This document shows positions 9,420-19,652 of a stretch of 64,000 nucleotides of DNA, one piece after another. Source of the DNA: a virus (Duplodnaviria; Caudoviricetes); IMG/VR virus record IMGVR_UViG_3300042892_000699; one strand, 5' to 3'. The notes under the pieces are model-generated. The model made no database searches, had not been told where the DNA came from, and was given only the letters and a program-made list of their open reading frames with translations. The stretch's first letter is position 1; each line of letters begins with the position of its first letter. Position numbers and translations under genes: made by a program.

Positions 9420-12400
9420 ATGGCAAATTCAGATCGCGACATTAGAATTATACCGGATAGGGGTTCCTCTACCGATCCGGTTATATACTTCACGGGTGCT
9501 GATAGCCTATCTAGCGCAACCATTACTCTAAGAGTTTATAATTCTGGTACAGATGCTACTCTAAGTTTTGAAGGTGATGTAGGACAGTTATTCTCTATCA
9601 CGGACAGTACGTTTGGTCCTGTGTTTGCAGTCAATGACGTTACAGGTATTCCCAGCATAGAAGTATATGACACTGGTGAAATTAGATTTGCACAGTACAA
9701 CGGATATCTCAATGTAGCAGGTACAGCAAATGCAACTTCAACAAACACAGGCGTTGTAAGAATTGCTGGCGGAACAGGTATAGCAAAGGATCTATTCGTT
9801 GGTGGAAACATCAACGTCGGCGGAACTATTACAGCATCTAGTGTTTCTGGAACAGTTACTAACTCCACAAACGTAACTATCACTAACGATGCTTCAAATG
9901 CCAGCACCCATTATTTGACTTTTGTTTCTGGAACCAGTGGTAACTTGCCTATCAAAGTTGATAATTCAGCATTAGTATGGGTCCCTAGTACAAATAGATT
10001 GGGTATCGGTACAACCAGTCCCACAAGCAGATTACATGTTGCGGGCGCAGGTAACACAACTGGCGGAAATATTCACCTAGGAGACGATGTTAACGGTACA
10101 GCAAAGTGGACTTACATAACAGGAGCGCATTATAACGGAGCTACTAACCTTACTGGCTTCTCATTAATCGGCGGATTATCTGATGCAACTTCAAATAAAG
10201 TTGTAATTGGTGGTAACATTTACGAATCTAACCCTGCAACTGAAATTCAGTTCTGGACACATACTGCAACTACACACGCAACTGGCGGTAGTCAGCGGAT
10301 GGTCATTGACACTAACGGAAACGTCGGTATCAATATTACGTCACCGACAAGTAGATTGCACGTTCGAGAAGCAGGCGCAACCATATCAAGTGGTAATGCT
10401 ATTAATGGTACCTCAATGAGAGGTATCATGGTTGACAACACTAACAATGATGATACTTCAGTGGGTCTATGGTTTAGCACAGGTCCAGGAAGTCACTGGT
10501 CTGGTATCAGTGGTCAGCGATCAAATTCAGCAGCTAACTGGGGAACAGATCTACGTTTCTATACACACGAAGACGCAACTAACGATTTAACATATAGTCG
10601 AGAAAGACTGCGTATCAGCTCTAACGGTCTTGTAGGCATCGGAACCAGTGACTTCTCATACACCACTTCAGATAATACTGCGTTAGTAGGTAGTTTTACC
10701 AACAATAGATTGTTTGTAAACGGTAGTATTCAACTGCTAGGAAACAATGATGCTATTGTATTTGGTCGCGGCACAGGCACATTCCTAAAAGACGAAGAAC
10801 TAGGTTTTGGTTGGGGCGGTGGCTGGTGGATGAATGATGCTACATATCTGCGTGTAAAAGCCTACAAGCACGTCTATAACGAAAATATCTACAGCGGTTC
10901 TAGATTTCAAAACTTTTCAACTAGTTATAATGCACCTAACATGTTTATGCCACGTTGGGAGGACCCAAACTTTGCATATGGCATGTCATCGAATGACAGT
11001 AGCGTCTATTGGATGCAGGCAAAGTATTACGGTTTAGGTAATAACGATCGAGGATTTAGAGTATTAGATTCTAATAGTGGTGCGGTAAGAATGTCAGTTG
11101 CTGATAAGATTACTACACACCAAAACACATTCTATCGTACCTTCAACAGTTACACAGGCTCTGACAACGGTCCAATGAAGACCTGGGACGGTGTACTTAC
11201 TGCCGGTTCGGATTATAGTGGAGCCGCAACTTATACGGTTATTGAAACTAATGTTCCGCAAGACAGCTACATGATGGGCGGCTTTACCATTAACTGGTTT
11301 GAGAACTATTCTAGTAATAACGCTAAAACTAGTATTAATTTAGGTGGTTACTGGAATGCAGAAAGCAATGGCGGTTTTCAAGGCTGGGAGTATACTAGCA
11401 CTAATCCTAATATTGTTCCTACTATTCAGGTAGGTAGAAATATCAGTACTGGTAGGACAGCAATTATATTAACGCACTTTAATTCTAGTTATCCTATTAT
11501 TTTAGCAAGAGACTTATGGTTAGGTTATAGTACTGGTGATTACGATTATGGATCAGGCTGGTCGATCCTACAAACCAACAGTTTGTCAGCTTATACAAAC
11601 TTAGATACTGTTGTTCCTAGGACTTCAGTTGCTGGTAGTTCTGGTTCAGGTTCTGGATTAAATGCTGACCTGTTAGACGGCATCGACAGCACAGGATTTT
11701 GGCGTCAGAGTGGTAGTTGGGCAGGTGATTTAGCTTCTAACGGGTACACAAGAACTAATGGTGTTACTACTGGAGCCGGAGCCGAGTTTGTAGTTTTAGA
11801 AAGTGGTGGTCGAGGATACACATTAGTTGATGGCTCATATTACGCCTACGAAGGTGGCGGATTTTATTCTTCAAGTAACTCTGCGTTTGGTACCTTAAGA
11901 GGTTTTTATTCTGATTCTTCTTCTAGTGTACTGTTCAACGCTACAATAAAAGCACCTAGGTTTGAGGACAGCAATGATACATCATATTATGTAGATCCTG
12001 GCAGTGACTCGAGACTCAACGGTAGATTAACTGTAGCAGCTGGGCACGGTGATTCATCACTTAGAGTGCATCTGAACGCCGCAGACAACGGTGCCGGTAC
12101 AGGTATATCCGCTTTACAAATGTGGTGCAGTGAACCAGGTAATACATGGGACTGGGCAGGCTTTGGTTTCAACGTTGATAACAGTCAGAACACTAACATG
12201 CCTGTCTATTACTTTGGTAGACCAAATCCTAGTTTTGGACAAGCGTACATGAGAATGGGTACAGGCGGACAGTGGTATTTCTATACCGCTACCGCAGGTA
12301 CAGGAGATTATTCAGGTACTAGATATACTCACATGTATCTAGCACCAAATAACGGTGTTGAAACATATGGTAGATTGTATAACGATACTCGTGTCGATGC

Positions 12401-13997
12401 ACCTATATTCTATGACAGTAATGATACTACATATTATGTTAACCCTGCAGTCGACACCCGACTTGGAGGCCAGGTTAAAATAGCAGGTAACGCATCGGGC
12501 AGCGCAGGTAATGCACTTATTGTAGGCAGCACAACTGTTAATTTTTCATTACAAGATACTAATCTAAGACCTATTCTACACGCTCATGGTCAGTACCCTG
12601 CATTAACTTTAAACCATACTGTAACATCAAATACCAATCACGGACCCACAATACAATTTACCTGCAACGGCGTCGGTAATCAGTTTGTTATTGGAACAGG
12701 TGGAGCCGGAACATTCCTAGATATGGGATATTCTAGCGCAGGCGATTGGAATCCACACAATGGTATTGCTGGATACAACGGTGTTACTTTCTTTAGGGCA
12801 AATACTAGCGGAAATATAGGAATCGGCGCTCAGGGCGACTGGGGAGCATTAGGAGGCGGTGATCCAGGGTACGCTATTGATACTAGGGGAACATTATATA
12901 ATAATACTGACATTCGTGCTCCAATTTTCTACGACAGCAACAATACCGGTTACTATGCTGACCCCAACAGTACATCAAACTTTGTAGGGCTAACAGTCGC
13001 TAACAGAATTACAGGAAGCGTTAGCGGATATGCAACTAGAATTGATGATGCACAAAGAACTGCATTTACTGTAGGTGGCAATACAAGTAATTTTTATCCT
13101 GTAGTATTTCAACTTGGTTCAGGACCAACTGTACAACAATACGGCGAGTTTATGATTGAACGTGGTGGATACGACGACCCTGGATACACCGGCGTTAACT
13201 TCTCTACTATGAACGCACGTTTTAGTCACAAGTCCAGCGGCTGGGGCTTTGGTTCTACATATGAAAATTGCGAATCCTTGTATCAAAACGTTCAATTGAT
13301 TGCAAACTGGCAACAGGTCAGCGAAAGCAGTAGAATGATTATTTGGCTTCGTGGCGCAACAATTTATAACTTTTACAATATTGTAGGTAATACAACATTG
13401 TTTAATGGTAACTCTGCTGGTGGAAACATTGTTGAATCTAACCCATCATACTACACTTACACATTTACACCAACAACTACAATTCAACCTAAAGCACAAC
13501 ACAGTAAATATTTCAATAGTGGTGCTATGTTTGATGGTAGCTGCAGGATTCTTAGCTTAGGGTTGGGCACTAATGCATCGGGTACAACGGGTGAAATTAG
13601 AGCAACTAATGAAATTACAGCTTACTATTCAGATCGTAGGTTAAAAACCAACGTTCAAGTTATCGAAAATGCCGTAGACAAAGTAAAAAAATTAACTGGT
13701 ATTACTTATACAGGGAACAATATTGCAGGAGAACACGGGTACGACATCAATAAAAGACAAGCAGGTGTATTTGCAGATGAAGTTGAAAGCGTATTACCAG
13801 AAATTGTTAGGCCAGCTCCGTTTGATATTGATGACGACGGTGACAGCAAGTCAGGTGAATATTATAAAACAGTACAGTATGAAAAATTAGTTCCGTTATT
13901 AATTGAAGCAATTAAAGAACAACAAAAAACCATTGAAAAACAAAGTCAACGCATCAATGACCTTGAAGATAGAATAAATAAAAACAAGTTAATCTAA
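9420..13997 (+). CDS. Second long tail fibre protein with S74-type chaperone domain; paralog of 4848-9416
   Basis: Shares the ~200-aa N-terminus (ASTHYLTxVSGTSGNLPIKVD); C-terminal SDRRLKTNV...GVFADEVESVLPEIV...VQYEKLVPLLIEAIKE. Confidence 0.9.
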   Translation: MANSDRDIRIIPDRGSSTDPVIYFTGADSLSSATITLRVYNSGTDATLSFEGDVGQLFSITDSTFGPVFAVNDVTGIPSIEVYDTGEIRFAQYNGYLNVAGTANATSTNTGVVRIAGGTGIAKDLFVGGNINVGGTITASSVSGTVTNSTNVTITNDASNASTHYLTFVSGTSGNLPIKVDNSALVWVPSTNRLGIGTTSPTSRLHVAGAGNTTGGNIHLGDDVNGTAKWTYITGAHYNGATNLTGFSLIGGLSDATSNKVVIGGNIYESNPATEIQFWTHTATTHATGGSQRMVIDTNGNVGINITSPTSRLHVREAGATISSGNAINGTSMRGIMVDNTNNDDTSVGLWFSTGPGSHWSGISGQRSNSAANWGTDLRFYTHEDATNDLTYSRERLRISSNGLVGIGTSDFSYTTSDNTALVGSFTNNRLFVNGSIQLLGNNDAIVFGRGTGTFLKDEELGFGWGGGWWMNDATYLRVKAYKHVYNENIYSGSRFQNFSTSYNAPNMFMPRWEDPNFAYGMSSNDSSVYWMQAKYYGLGNNDRGFRVLDSNSGAVRMSVADKITTHQNTFYRTFNSYTGSDNGPMKTWDGVLTAGSDYSGAATYTVIETNVPQDSYMMGGFTINWFENYSSNNAKTSINLGGYWNAESNGGFQGWEYTSTNPNIVPTIQVGRNISTGRTAIILTHFNSSYPIILARDLWLGYSTGDYDYGSGWSILQTNSLSAYTNLDTVVPRTSVAGSSGSGSGLNADLLDGIDSTGFWRQSGSWAGDLASNGYTRTNGVTTGAGAEFVVLESGGRGYTLVDGSYYAYEGGGFYSSSNSAFGTLRGFYSDSSSSVLFNATIKAPRFEDSNDTSYYVDPGSDSRLNGRLTVAAGHGDSSLRVHLNAADNGAGTGISALQMWCSEPGNTWDWAGFGFNVDNSQNTNMPVYYFGRPNPSFGQAYMRMGTGGQWYFYTATAGTGDYSGTRYTHMYLAPNNGVETYGRLYNDTRVDAPIFYDSNDTTYYVNPAVDTRLGGQVKIAGNASGSAGNALIVGSTTVNFSLQDTNLRPILHAHGQYPALTLNHTVTSNTNHGPTIQFTCNGVGNQFVIGTGGAGTFLDMGYSSAGDWNPHNGIAGYNGVTFFRANTSGNIGIGAQGDWGALGGGDPGYAIDTRGTLYNNTDIRAPIFYDSNNTGYYADPNSTSNFVGLTVANRITGSVSGYATRIDDAQRTAFTVGGNTSNFYPVVFQLGSGPTVQQYGEFMIERGGYDDPGYTGVNFSTMNARFSHKSSGWGFGSTYENCESLYQNVQLIANWQQVSESSRMIIWLRGATIYNFYNIVGNTTLFNGNSAGGNIVESNPSYYTYTFTPTTTIQPKAQHSKYFNSGAMFDGSCRILSLGLGTNASGTTGEIRATNEITAYYSDRRLKTNVQVIENAVDKVKKLTGITYTGNNIAGEHGYDINKRQAGVFADEVESVLPEIVRPAPFDIDDDGDSKSGEYYKTVQYEKLVPLLIEAIKEQQKTIEKQSQRINDLEDRINKNKLI
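13975..13980 (+). promoter_or_regulatory. Late promoter motif TAAATA
   Basis: Upstream of ORF 14014, followed by an AGGAG RBS. Confidence 0.55.
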
Positions 13998-14013
13998 AGG
14001 ATTAGGAGAAATT

Positions 14014-14364
14014 ATGTCAATTACGTATACCTGGAAAATTACAGGATTAAAGCAAAATAGCAACGGCGAAGTTGTACACGCCACATGGCAAAAAACTGGT
14101 ACAGATTCTGATGGACATTCTGGAGTCTTTACGGGAGCAACTCCTTTTACAATACCAGAAGGTGCAGAACTTATTCCTACTCAGACACTAAGTGAAGATG
14201 ATGTTATGGGCTGGATCAAGGCTATAGTTGTAAACGATTACGAACGACATGTTAATGGACAGATCCAGAAACAGATCGATCAACAAAAATCCGTGTTAGC
14301 AGATGTTAAGTTATCATGGATGCCTGAACCCGCAGCAGCGCCTATGGCACCGCCAACTGAATAA
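14014..14364 (+). CDS. Small tail-fibre-associated protein (assembly or accessory), function unknown
   Basis: MSITYTWKITGL...F-type protein directly after the fibre genes; AGGAG RBS. Confidence 0.55.
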   Translation: MSITYTWKITGLKQNSNGEVVHATWQKTGTDSDGHSGVFTGATPFTIPEGAELIPTQTLSEDDVMGWIKAIVVNDYERHVNGQIQKQIDQQKSVLADVKLSWMPEPAAAPMAPPTE

Positions 14365-14429
14365 TACATAGTCACATTTTAATATAAACAAGGAAATGGG
14401 CTCATAAATATCAGGGCCTCAAGGACATA

Positions 14430-14660
14430 ATGCCAGGAAATTTACCAGCAACAGGATCGGAACTATCATTCGGAAGAGTCAACAGGGCGTATACTAACAA
14501 TACACCTGGTGCTGCCGGCAATGCTCCGTCTGGCGGCCAGAATATTAGGTTAAGTGCTATCCTAGGTAATAATGCTACTTACGGTATTAACCAAGCAGCC
14601 GGAACCCAGATTAGATTCTCTCAAACTTTCGGCGGCCGCTCATATCCTTTTACATATTAA
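14430..14660 (+). CDS. Small Gly/Asn-rich virion-type protein
   Basis: TAAATA at 14405-14410 and an AAGGA RBS upstream; 76 aa. Confidence 0.55.
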   Translation: MPGNLPATGSELSFGRVNRAYTNNTPGAAGNAPSGGQNIRLSAILGNNATYGINQAAGTQIRFSQTFGGRSYPFTY

Positions 14661-14661
14661 C

Positions 14662-15135
14662 ATGAAACCAAACAACATTGCAAAACTATTAGAATCAGTA
14701 AACGAATGCCCTAGCAAATGGGAATTAGATAACGTAATTTGGGCAGATAGAGGAACAAATCCAACAATTTTAAAAAAATTCCTGGAAAGAATCCAAACTC
14801 TATCAGAGTCTGGTGCTACATTAACACCCGGCGAAGCCTCTGAACTAGAACGTCTAACAGATTTACTAGACGACATGGACATCGATGAATGTTCTGAACT
14901 TTTAAATTTAAATGAAGATGCTTCTAAAGAATCTTTTATTGAGAACTTGGCAAGAACCAGCGCAATTGAAGTTCTTACAAATGAAAAATTGAGCTTTGAA
15001 ACCATGACAACCGCTTGCAAACTAAGTCCTAATGACTTTATACTGTGTGCTAAGAGGACCCAAGATTTAATCAATGCTATCCACGGATTGGTAATCAAGG
15101 GCGAAACACTTAGTAACGATGTAGCAGGCGCATGA
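14662..15135 (+). CDS. Hypothetical protein
   Basis: Start moved to ATG 14662, just after the upstream stop; ATGA overlap with the downstream GT. Confidence 0.6.
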   Translation: MKPNNIAKLLESVNECPSKWELDNVIWADRGTNPTILKKFLERIQTLSESGATLTPGEASELERLTDLLDDMDIDECSELLNLNEDASKESFIENLARTSAIEVLTNEKLSFETMTTACKLSPNDFILCAKRTQDLINAIHGLVIKGETLSNDVAGA

Positions 15136-15788
15136 AAAAGAACTCAGTATTTTCTTCAAGTAAATGGTCAACTAAAAAGGGAAAAATAGCAGTATGTATT
15201 CCTACACGGGATACACTGCATTCTGCCCATGCAATGAGCTTACTTGAAATGGTAAAATTTAATACCATGAATGATTTAGACACACATGTGTTTATGGATG
15301 CAAGCACAATCTTACTTACACAACGTGAGAGACTTGCAACAATGGCCTTAGATTTAGGGGCTGAATATATGCTGTGGCTAGATAGTGATATAGTATTTCC
15401 AGCAACCACTGCTGTTAGACTGTTAGCTCACAATCAACCTATAGTTGCAGGAAATTACGTTAGACGACAATTTCCCTGTAAAGGTGTTGCTTATGAAACA
15501 ATAGGCGACTGGGAAAATCCCTTAGACTTTAAAGTTCAAGATAAACTTGTGGACGTAGAAGGAATAGGCATGGGTTGTGTATTAATGAAAACTGAAATAT
15601 TCAATCAACTTCCGAAACCTTGGTTTGAATTTGGATGGAGTCCTGCATCAAATGATTTCTTAGGTGAAGATATGTTACTATGGCAAAAAGTCAGTGCAGC
15701 CGGGTACACTGTCAAAGTTGATACAGCACTAAGTCAAGAACTACGCCACTTAGGAACTTACGGTTTTGGTCCTAGCGACCTAGACTAA
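15132..15788 (+). CDS. GT-A fold (family 2-like) glycosyltransferase
   Basis: IAVCIPTRD N-terminal strand, LWLDSDIVFP DxD motif, GIGMGCVL and GEDML motifs. Confidence 0.75.
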   Translation: MKKNSVFSSSKWSTKKGKIAVCIPTRDTLHSAHAMSLLEMVKFNTMNDLDTHVFMDASTILLTQRERLATMALDLGAEYMLWLDSDIVFPATTAVRLLAHNQPIVAGNYVRRQFPCKGVAYETIGDWENPLDFKVQDKLVDVEGIGMGCVLMKTEIFNQLPKPWFEFGWSPASNDFLGEDMLLWQKVSAAGYTVKVDTALSQELRHLGTYGFGPSDLD

Positions 15789-16220
15789 CTCTAATATCAA
15801 TTCTATTTTTGCTCTAATAATTTTATTATTGAGACTATTCTTTACACCCTGGTGTAAAGGTTTTGGCCAGTTGTTAAAACTGCACCACGCATATCCTGCA
15901 TGTTCGTTATTTAGATGTGGTTGAAATTCTTTTTCTACAATCACAACATAGGTATTATACTGAAATTTTTGATCGTTGCTGGTAAACAACTCAAGAGGTA
16001 CAGTTTTTTTAATACCAGATACTTTTCCAACTTCTTCTTCAATCTCTCGTTGTAATGCTTCAAATGGCGTAGCATCAGTAGGCTCTTTCTTCCCGCCCAC
16101 TAACCCCCATGTTCCTGCAGTTTTTCCTTGAGTTCTCTGTAGCAAGAGAAATCGTTTGGTATCTCTTGCTAAAAATAAACCGCCGCTACAAATAATTTGA
16201 TTTAGAGTACTAGTCGCCAT
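15780..16220 (-). CDS. Nudix hydrolase
   Basis: Nudix box WGLVGGKKEPTDATPFEALQREIEEEVG. Confidence 0.85.
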   Translation of the reverse strand: MATSTLNQIICSGGLFLARDTKRFLLLQRTQGKTAGTWGLVGGKKEPTDATPFEALQREIEEEVGKVSGIKKTVPLELFTSNDQKFQYNTYVVIVEKEFQPHLNNEHAGYAWCSFNNWPKPLHQGVKNSLNNKIIRAKIELILELV

Positions 16221-17599
16221 AAACTTGAATCATACACACCTTCATAAGTTTTAGACCATGCTTTCTGGTCCCACTTATATTGTGTTCCTGTATATGAATT
16301 AGTTATATAGACCACATTACTCTGTGTAGTAGAATTGAATACAATGTTCCATGCAACACCATCCCACTCGATGATGTCGTTTGCATGTGCTTGAAAATCG
16401 CTGTTATCAGCATTCTTCCATGCATCGGGACCGTCATACCCCGGAGTGTTATATGCACTATTAATATTAATATCTTCTAAAATTAAAAATCTTTTGCCAG
16501 TTGCCACACCCGTAGGATTATAAGTTTCAGGATTAATAACTGCGTCAACGGTTCCTCTACCAGCTATTGTAGTATTGCTGGGAATAGTATCTGTATCAAT
16601 GTTTAGTACCATAGAAGATTCGTCGCTAGGATCTAATCCTATATAAGCAACGACTTCAGTATCATCAGGTTGATTAAATCTCAATTGACTCAATCCGGCC
16701 CTAAATTTACCAGGATGCAGATCTAACAACTTATGCCATGACACAATATTTCTAGGATCGGTAATATCTATGTTTTCGCCCTGACCGTTTTTATTAATCA
16801 ATCTTGCTCGATTGTTTAATATTAATAGATCATAATTACCTGGAGTTACAGTAATAGTAGCATCCGGACTTATTTCCCCAAAAACTTCTGCAGCACCTTC
16901 TTTATCATAAGCTGAATTAATTGTGCCGTGACCTACAGAATATACATTAGAAATAATCTTTGTGATAATTCCTAATTTTTTAACTTTAGCGGGCGGGGTT
17001 ATCCAAACAGGTGCTGTAAAATTCATTGTTAGTATATCAATATCTTCACTAACGCCCTGAGGGATTGTTCTTGAACTCCATGTTTGTCCTGTTAGATCCA
17101 ACACACTTAGACTAGTCCAATCTACATAATTATCAGTTGTTTGAATTTCAAAGCTAGGATTGAATAATACTGAAATTTGTTCCCACAGTTGAAGTTTCAT
17201 TTCTGTATTAGTAGTCCATATGTCTGCGGCAAAGGTAATTAACCAAGGACTGGGCATCATTCGTTCTACAGTATAATTGCTACCTTGTGTGTTTAGGTAT
17301 TCTTGACCATCTTCATCCCAGTCACGTTCACGAACTTGGATCTTACTAACAAACGTAGGATCCTGCATACGAGGACGATCGAACTGCAAGTCTTTAATGT
17401 AGCAGGCAATGAACGGAGCACTGGGAATAACGTTCTCGCTATTCTTTCTTAGGATAGATGCAACTTGTCTGCTCATGTCCCCATATCGAACAGGTACTTG
17501 AACTAACTGCCCCTTAGTATCTTTGTAGGCAAAGTTACTCATTACATTTATAAATTGTGTCAAGTATCTGCGTACTTGGCCGTCATAGAAGTGGTCCAT
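16202..17599 (-). CDS. gp15: Tail sheath stabilizer/tail terminator, T4 gp15-like, with C-terminal extension
   Basis: N-terminus MDHFYDGQVRRYLTQF...VPVRYGD resembles gp15 (YFY...RRY...); neck-gene context. Confidence 0.7.
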   Translation of the reverse strand: MDHFYDGQVRRYLTQFINVMSNFAYKDTKGQLVQVPVRYGDMSRQVASILRKNSENVIPSAPFIACYIKDLQFDRPRMQDPTFVSKIQVRERDWDEDGQEYLNTQGSNYTVERMMPSPWLITFAADIWTTNTEMKLQLWEQISVLFNPSFEIQTTDNYVDWTSLSVLDLTGQTWSSRTIPQGVSEDIDILTMNFTAPVWITPPAKVKKLGIITKIISNVYSVGHGTINSAYDKEGAAEVFGEISPDATITVTPGNYDLLILNNRARLINKNGQGENIDITDPRNIVSWHKLLDLHPGKFRAGLSQLRFNQPDDTEVVAYIGLDPSDESSMVLNIDTDTIPSNTTIAGRGTVDAVINPETYNPTGVATGKRFLILEDININSAYNTPGYDGPDAWKNADNSDFQAHANDIIEWDGVAWNIVFNSTTQSNVVYITNSYTGTQYKWDQKAWSKTYEGVYDSSLWRLVL

Positions 17600-17600
17600 A

Positions 17601-18809
17601 TTAATTATCTGCTCTTGGTCTTAGTGCTTTGCTCAATGCTTGTTTCTCAACAACGACTTCTCCAGCAATAGTAGCAGTGTTAGTGTTATTGATAAACGAT
17701 GCCTTTTGTGTTCTTCTGACCTTTGTTGCATCAGTAGTCTGTGTTTCGCCTGTCTGACTAACAGTCATGCGTACATTATCTTCAAACTTAATCCAGTGTC
17801 TTCCGTCATACCTAAATAGTCTATTAGGCAAATAATCAGTTCTTAAATAAAACTGTCCGTTGACGGGTGAAGTAGGAAACTGTATACCAAAGCCATACGG
17901 AGCGCCGTTAGGTGGAACTCCGTCCCCTGTAAGGTATCCTACATAATAATTGTGATCTGGAGAATTTAAAACTATACTTGCATCAAAAGAAGGATTGTCA
18001 ACACTAACATCTAGATCTGTATTTGAAACATCTGCAACGTCTAATGTTTCTGCATTTTTCATAGGAACAACGTACAGATGTTCTGTATCATACCCACTTC
18101 GACCGACATCTGCTTCTGCCTGTGCAATAATTTGATTATTAATATCAATACTAGTTTGGACATTAGAAATTAAATCTCTAATCGTACTACCAGTCGCATC
18201 TCCATTAGCATCGATAAGTTCTTTGTCAAGTATTTCTTTAAATTCTTGTGTATCAACTAACGGCTGACATTTAGCACGTAGTAGGTGCGGATACCATGTC
18301 TGACTATACCCGCTTGCTGGACGAGTAACTTCGCTAATAACATAGAACCGCTTTAGTGCAACTGCATCGTCACCTAATGCATACTCGTCTTTTTGGTGTG
18401 GTAGTTCAATAACATCACCTGCCATTAATTTCCTACCTATTGCATCGAATGTTCCACGTAAATGGAACGTAACCATAATATTGTCATTCTGTAAGAATAA
18501 ACCAAATTGACTTAGATTAAAGTCAATATCTTGTAATGTATAAATTCCACGCAAAATATAAACATCTGGATCGTAATGACGATCTCTATTTTCCATGAAT
18601 AATAAATCTTGTATACCGAGTTCAGGAACGCTTGAGCCGCTTTGATCAGGAGTAGTGGGAGTAGCATCACCGGCTTCTGGTGCAACTGGTCCTAGGTATT
18701 TGTGCAAGAAAACATCAGTTCCGCCTACTTGGAACTGTTCGTTAATTGCACGATCTAAAAATCTAAAATCATTGCCCTTTTCGGGACGGTATAAGGATAA
18801 GCGTGGCAT
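17601..18809 (-). CDS. gp14: Neck/head-closure protein, T4 gp14-like
   Basis: EQFQVGGTDVFLHKY, FNLSQFGLFL and GDVIELP motifs; lies between gp15-like and gp13-like genes. Confidence 0.65.
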   Translation of the reverse strand: MPRLSLYRPEKGNDFRFLDRAINEQFQVGGTDVFLHKYLGPVAPEAGDATPTTPDQSGSSVPELGIQDLLFMENRDRHYDPDVYILRGIYTLQDIDFNLSQFGLFLQNDNIMVTFHLRGTFDAIGRKLMAGDVIELPHQKDEYALGDDAVALKRFYVISEVTRPASGYSQTWYPHLLRAKCQPLVDTQEFKEILDKELIDANGDATGSTIRDLISNVQTSIDINNQIIAQAEADVGRSGYDTEHLYVVPMKNAETLDVADVSNTDLDVSVDNPSFDASIVLNSPDHNYYVGYLTGDGVPPNGAPYGFGIQFPTSPVNGQFYLRTDYLPNRLFRYDGRHWIKFEDNVRMTVSQTGETQTTDATKVRRTQKASFINNTNTATIAGEVVVEKQALSKALRPRADN

Positions 18810-18837
18810 AGTCTTGTATTTATGGCTAAATATCAGT
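18810..18837. promoter_or_regulatory. Back-to-back late promoters (TATTTA 18817-18822 on minus, TAAATA 18827-18832 on plus)
   Basis: The 28-bp divergent intergenic carries one TAAATA per strand, 7 and 5 nt before the respective ATGs. Confidence 0.7.
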
Positions 18838-19596
18838 ATGACTGAAAACGAAAACGAACGACAAAAGGTAATAGATTACTGCAAGACCATGCTGGGAGAT
18901 GGCATGATCGATGTAGAACTAGATCCTGTACATTACAACACTGCAATTGACCGTGCCTTAAACAAGTTTCGTCAACGCAGTAGTAACGCGGTAGAAGAAA
19001 GTTATGCATTTTTAACAGTGGAAGTTGATAAAAATGACTATACGCTGCCACCAGAAGTAATGGCTGTGCGTCAAATCTTTAGACGCAGTATTGGTTCTAG
19101 GTCAGGCGGTGGACAAGGTGGTACGCTGTTCGAACCGTTTAATCTTGCGTATTCTAATACTTACTTGTTGACTGCTACAAACATGGGTGGCCTAGCCACT
19201 TATTATGCCTTTGCAAGCTATCAAAAACAAGTGGGCAAAATGTTTGGCAGTGAGATAAACTTCACTTACAATAAAACTACCAAAAAGTTAACCCTAATGC
19301 AACGTCCTAGATCAGAGGAAGAAGTGCTGTTATGGGTATATAACTATCGTCCTGACTTTAATCTATTGCAGGACCCTTTTGCTAATCAATGGCTCAAAGA
19401 CTATTCATTAGCTACCTGCAAATCGATGTTGGGAGAAGCTCGTGAGAAGTTTAATCAGATTGCTAGTCCACAAGGCGGCACCGCTCTAAACGGAACTGCC
19501 CTAAAAGGAGAAGGCAAAGCTGAAATGGAAATGCTAGAGCTAGATCTAGTAAATTACAAAGACGGCGGAACACCACTTACTTTTGTAATTGGCTAA
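18838..19596 (+). CDS. gp13: Neck/head-tail adaptor, T4 gp13-like
   Basis: Start moved to ATG 18838; LGDGMIDVELD...AIDRAL..F, WLKDYSLATCK..LGEAREKF..IASPQGG..LNG, C-terminal PLTFVIG. Confidence 0.75.
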   Translation: MTENENERQKVIDYCKTMLGDGMIDVELDPVHYNTAIDRALNKFRQRSSNAVEESYAFLTVEVDKNDYTLPPEVMAVRQIFRRSIGSRSGGGQGGTLFEPFNLAYSNTYLLTATNMGGLATYYAFASYQKQVGKMFGSEINFTYNKTTKKLTLMQRPRSEEEVLLWVYNYRPDFNLLQDPFANQWLKDYSLATCKSMLGEAREKFNQIASPQGGTALNGTALKGEGKAEMEMLELDLVNYKDGGTPLTFVIG

Positions 19597-19604
19597 TAAA
19601 AATA

Positions 19605-19633
19605 TTGACAGAGTAATCTAAATGTAATAAATT
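19605..19633 (+). promoter_or_regulatory. sigma70-like promoter TTGACA-17-TAAATT
   Basis: Consensus -35 with a 17-nt spacer upstream of the dNMP kinase gene. Confidence 0.5.
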
Positions 19634-19652
19634 ATAACATCTAGGGGATGTT

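Noticed and set aside
111-13997. Diversity-generating retroelement acting on the adhesins or fibres
   Set aside because: There is no reverse transcriptase and no ~100-bp template/variable repeat pair differing only at adenines in this window
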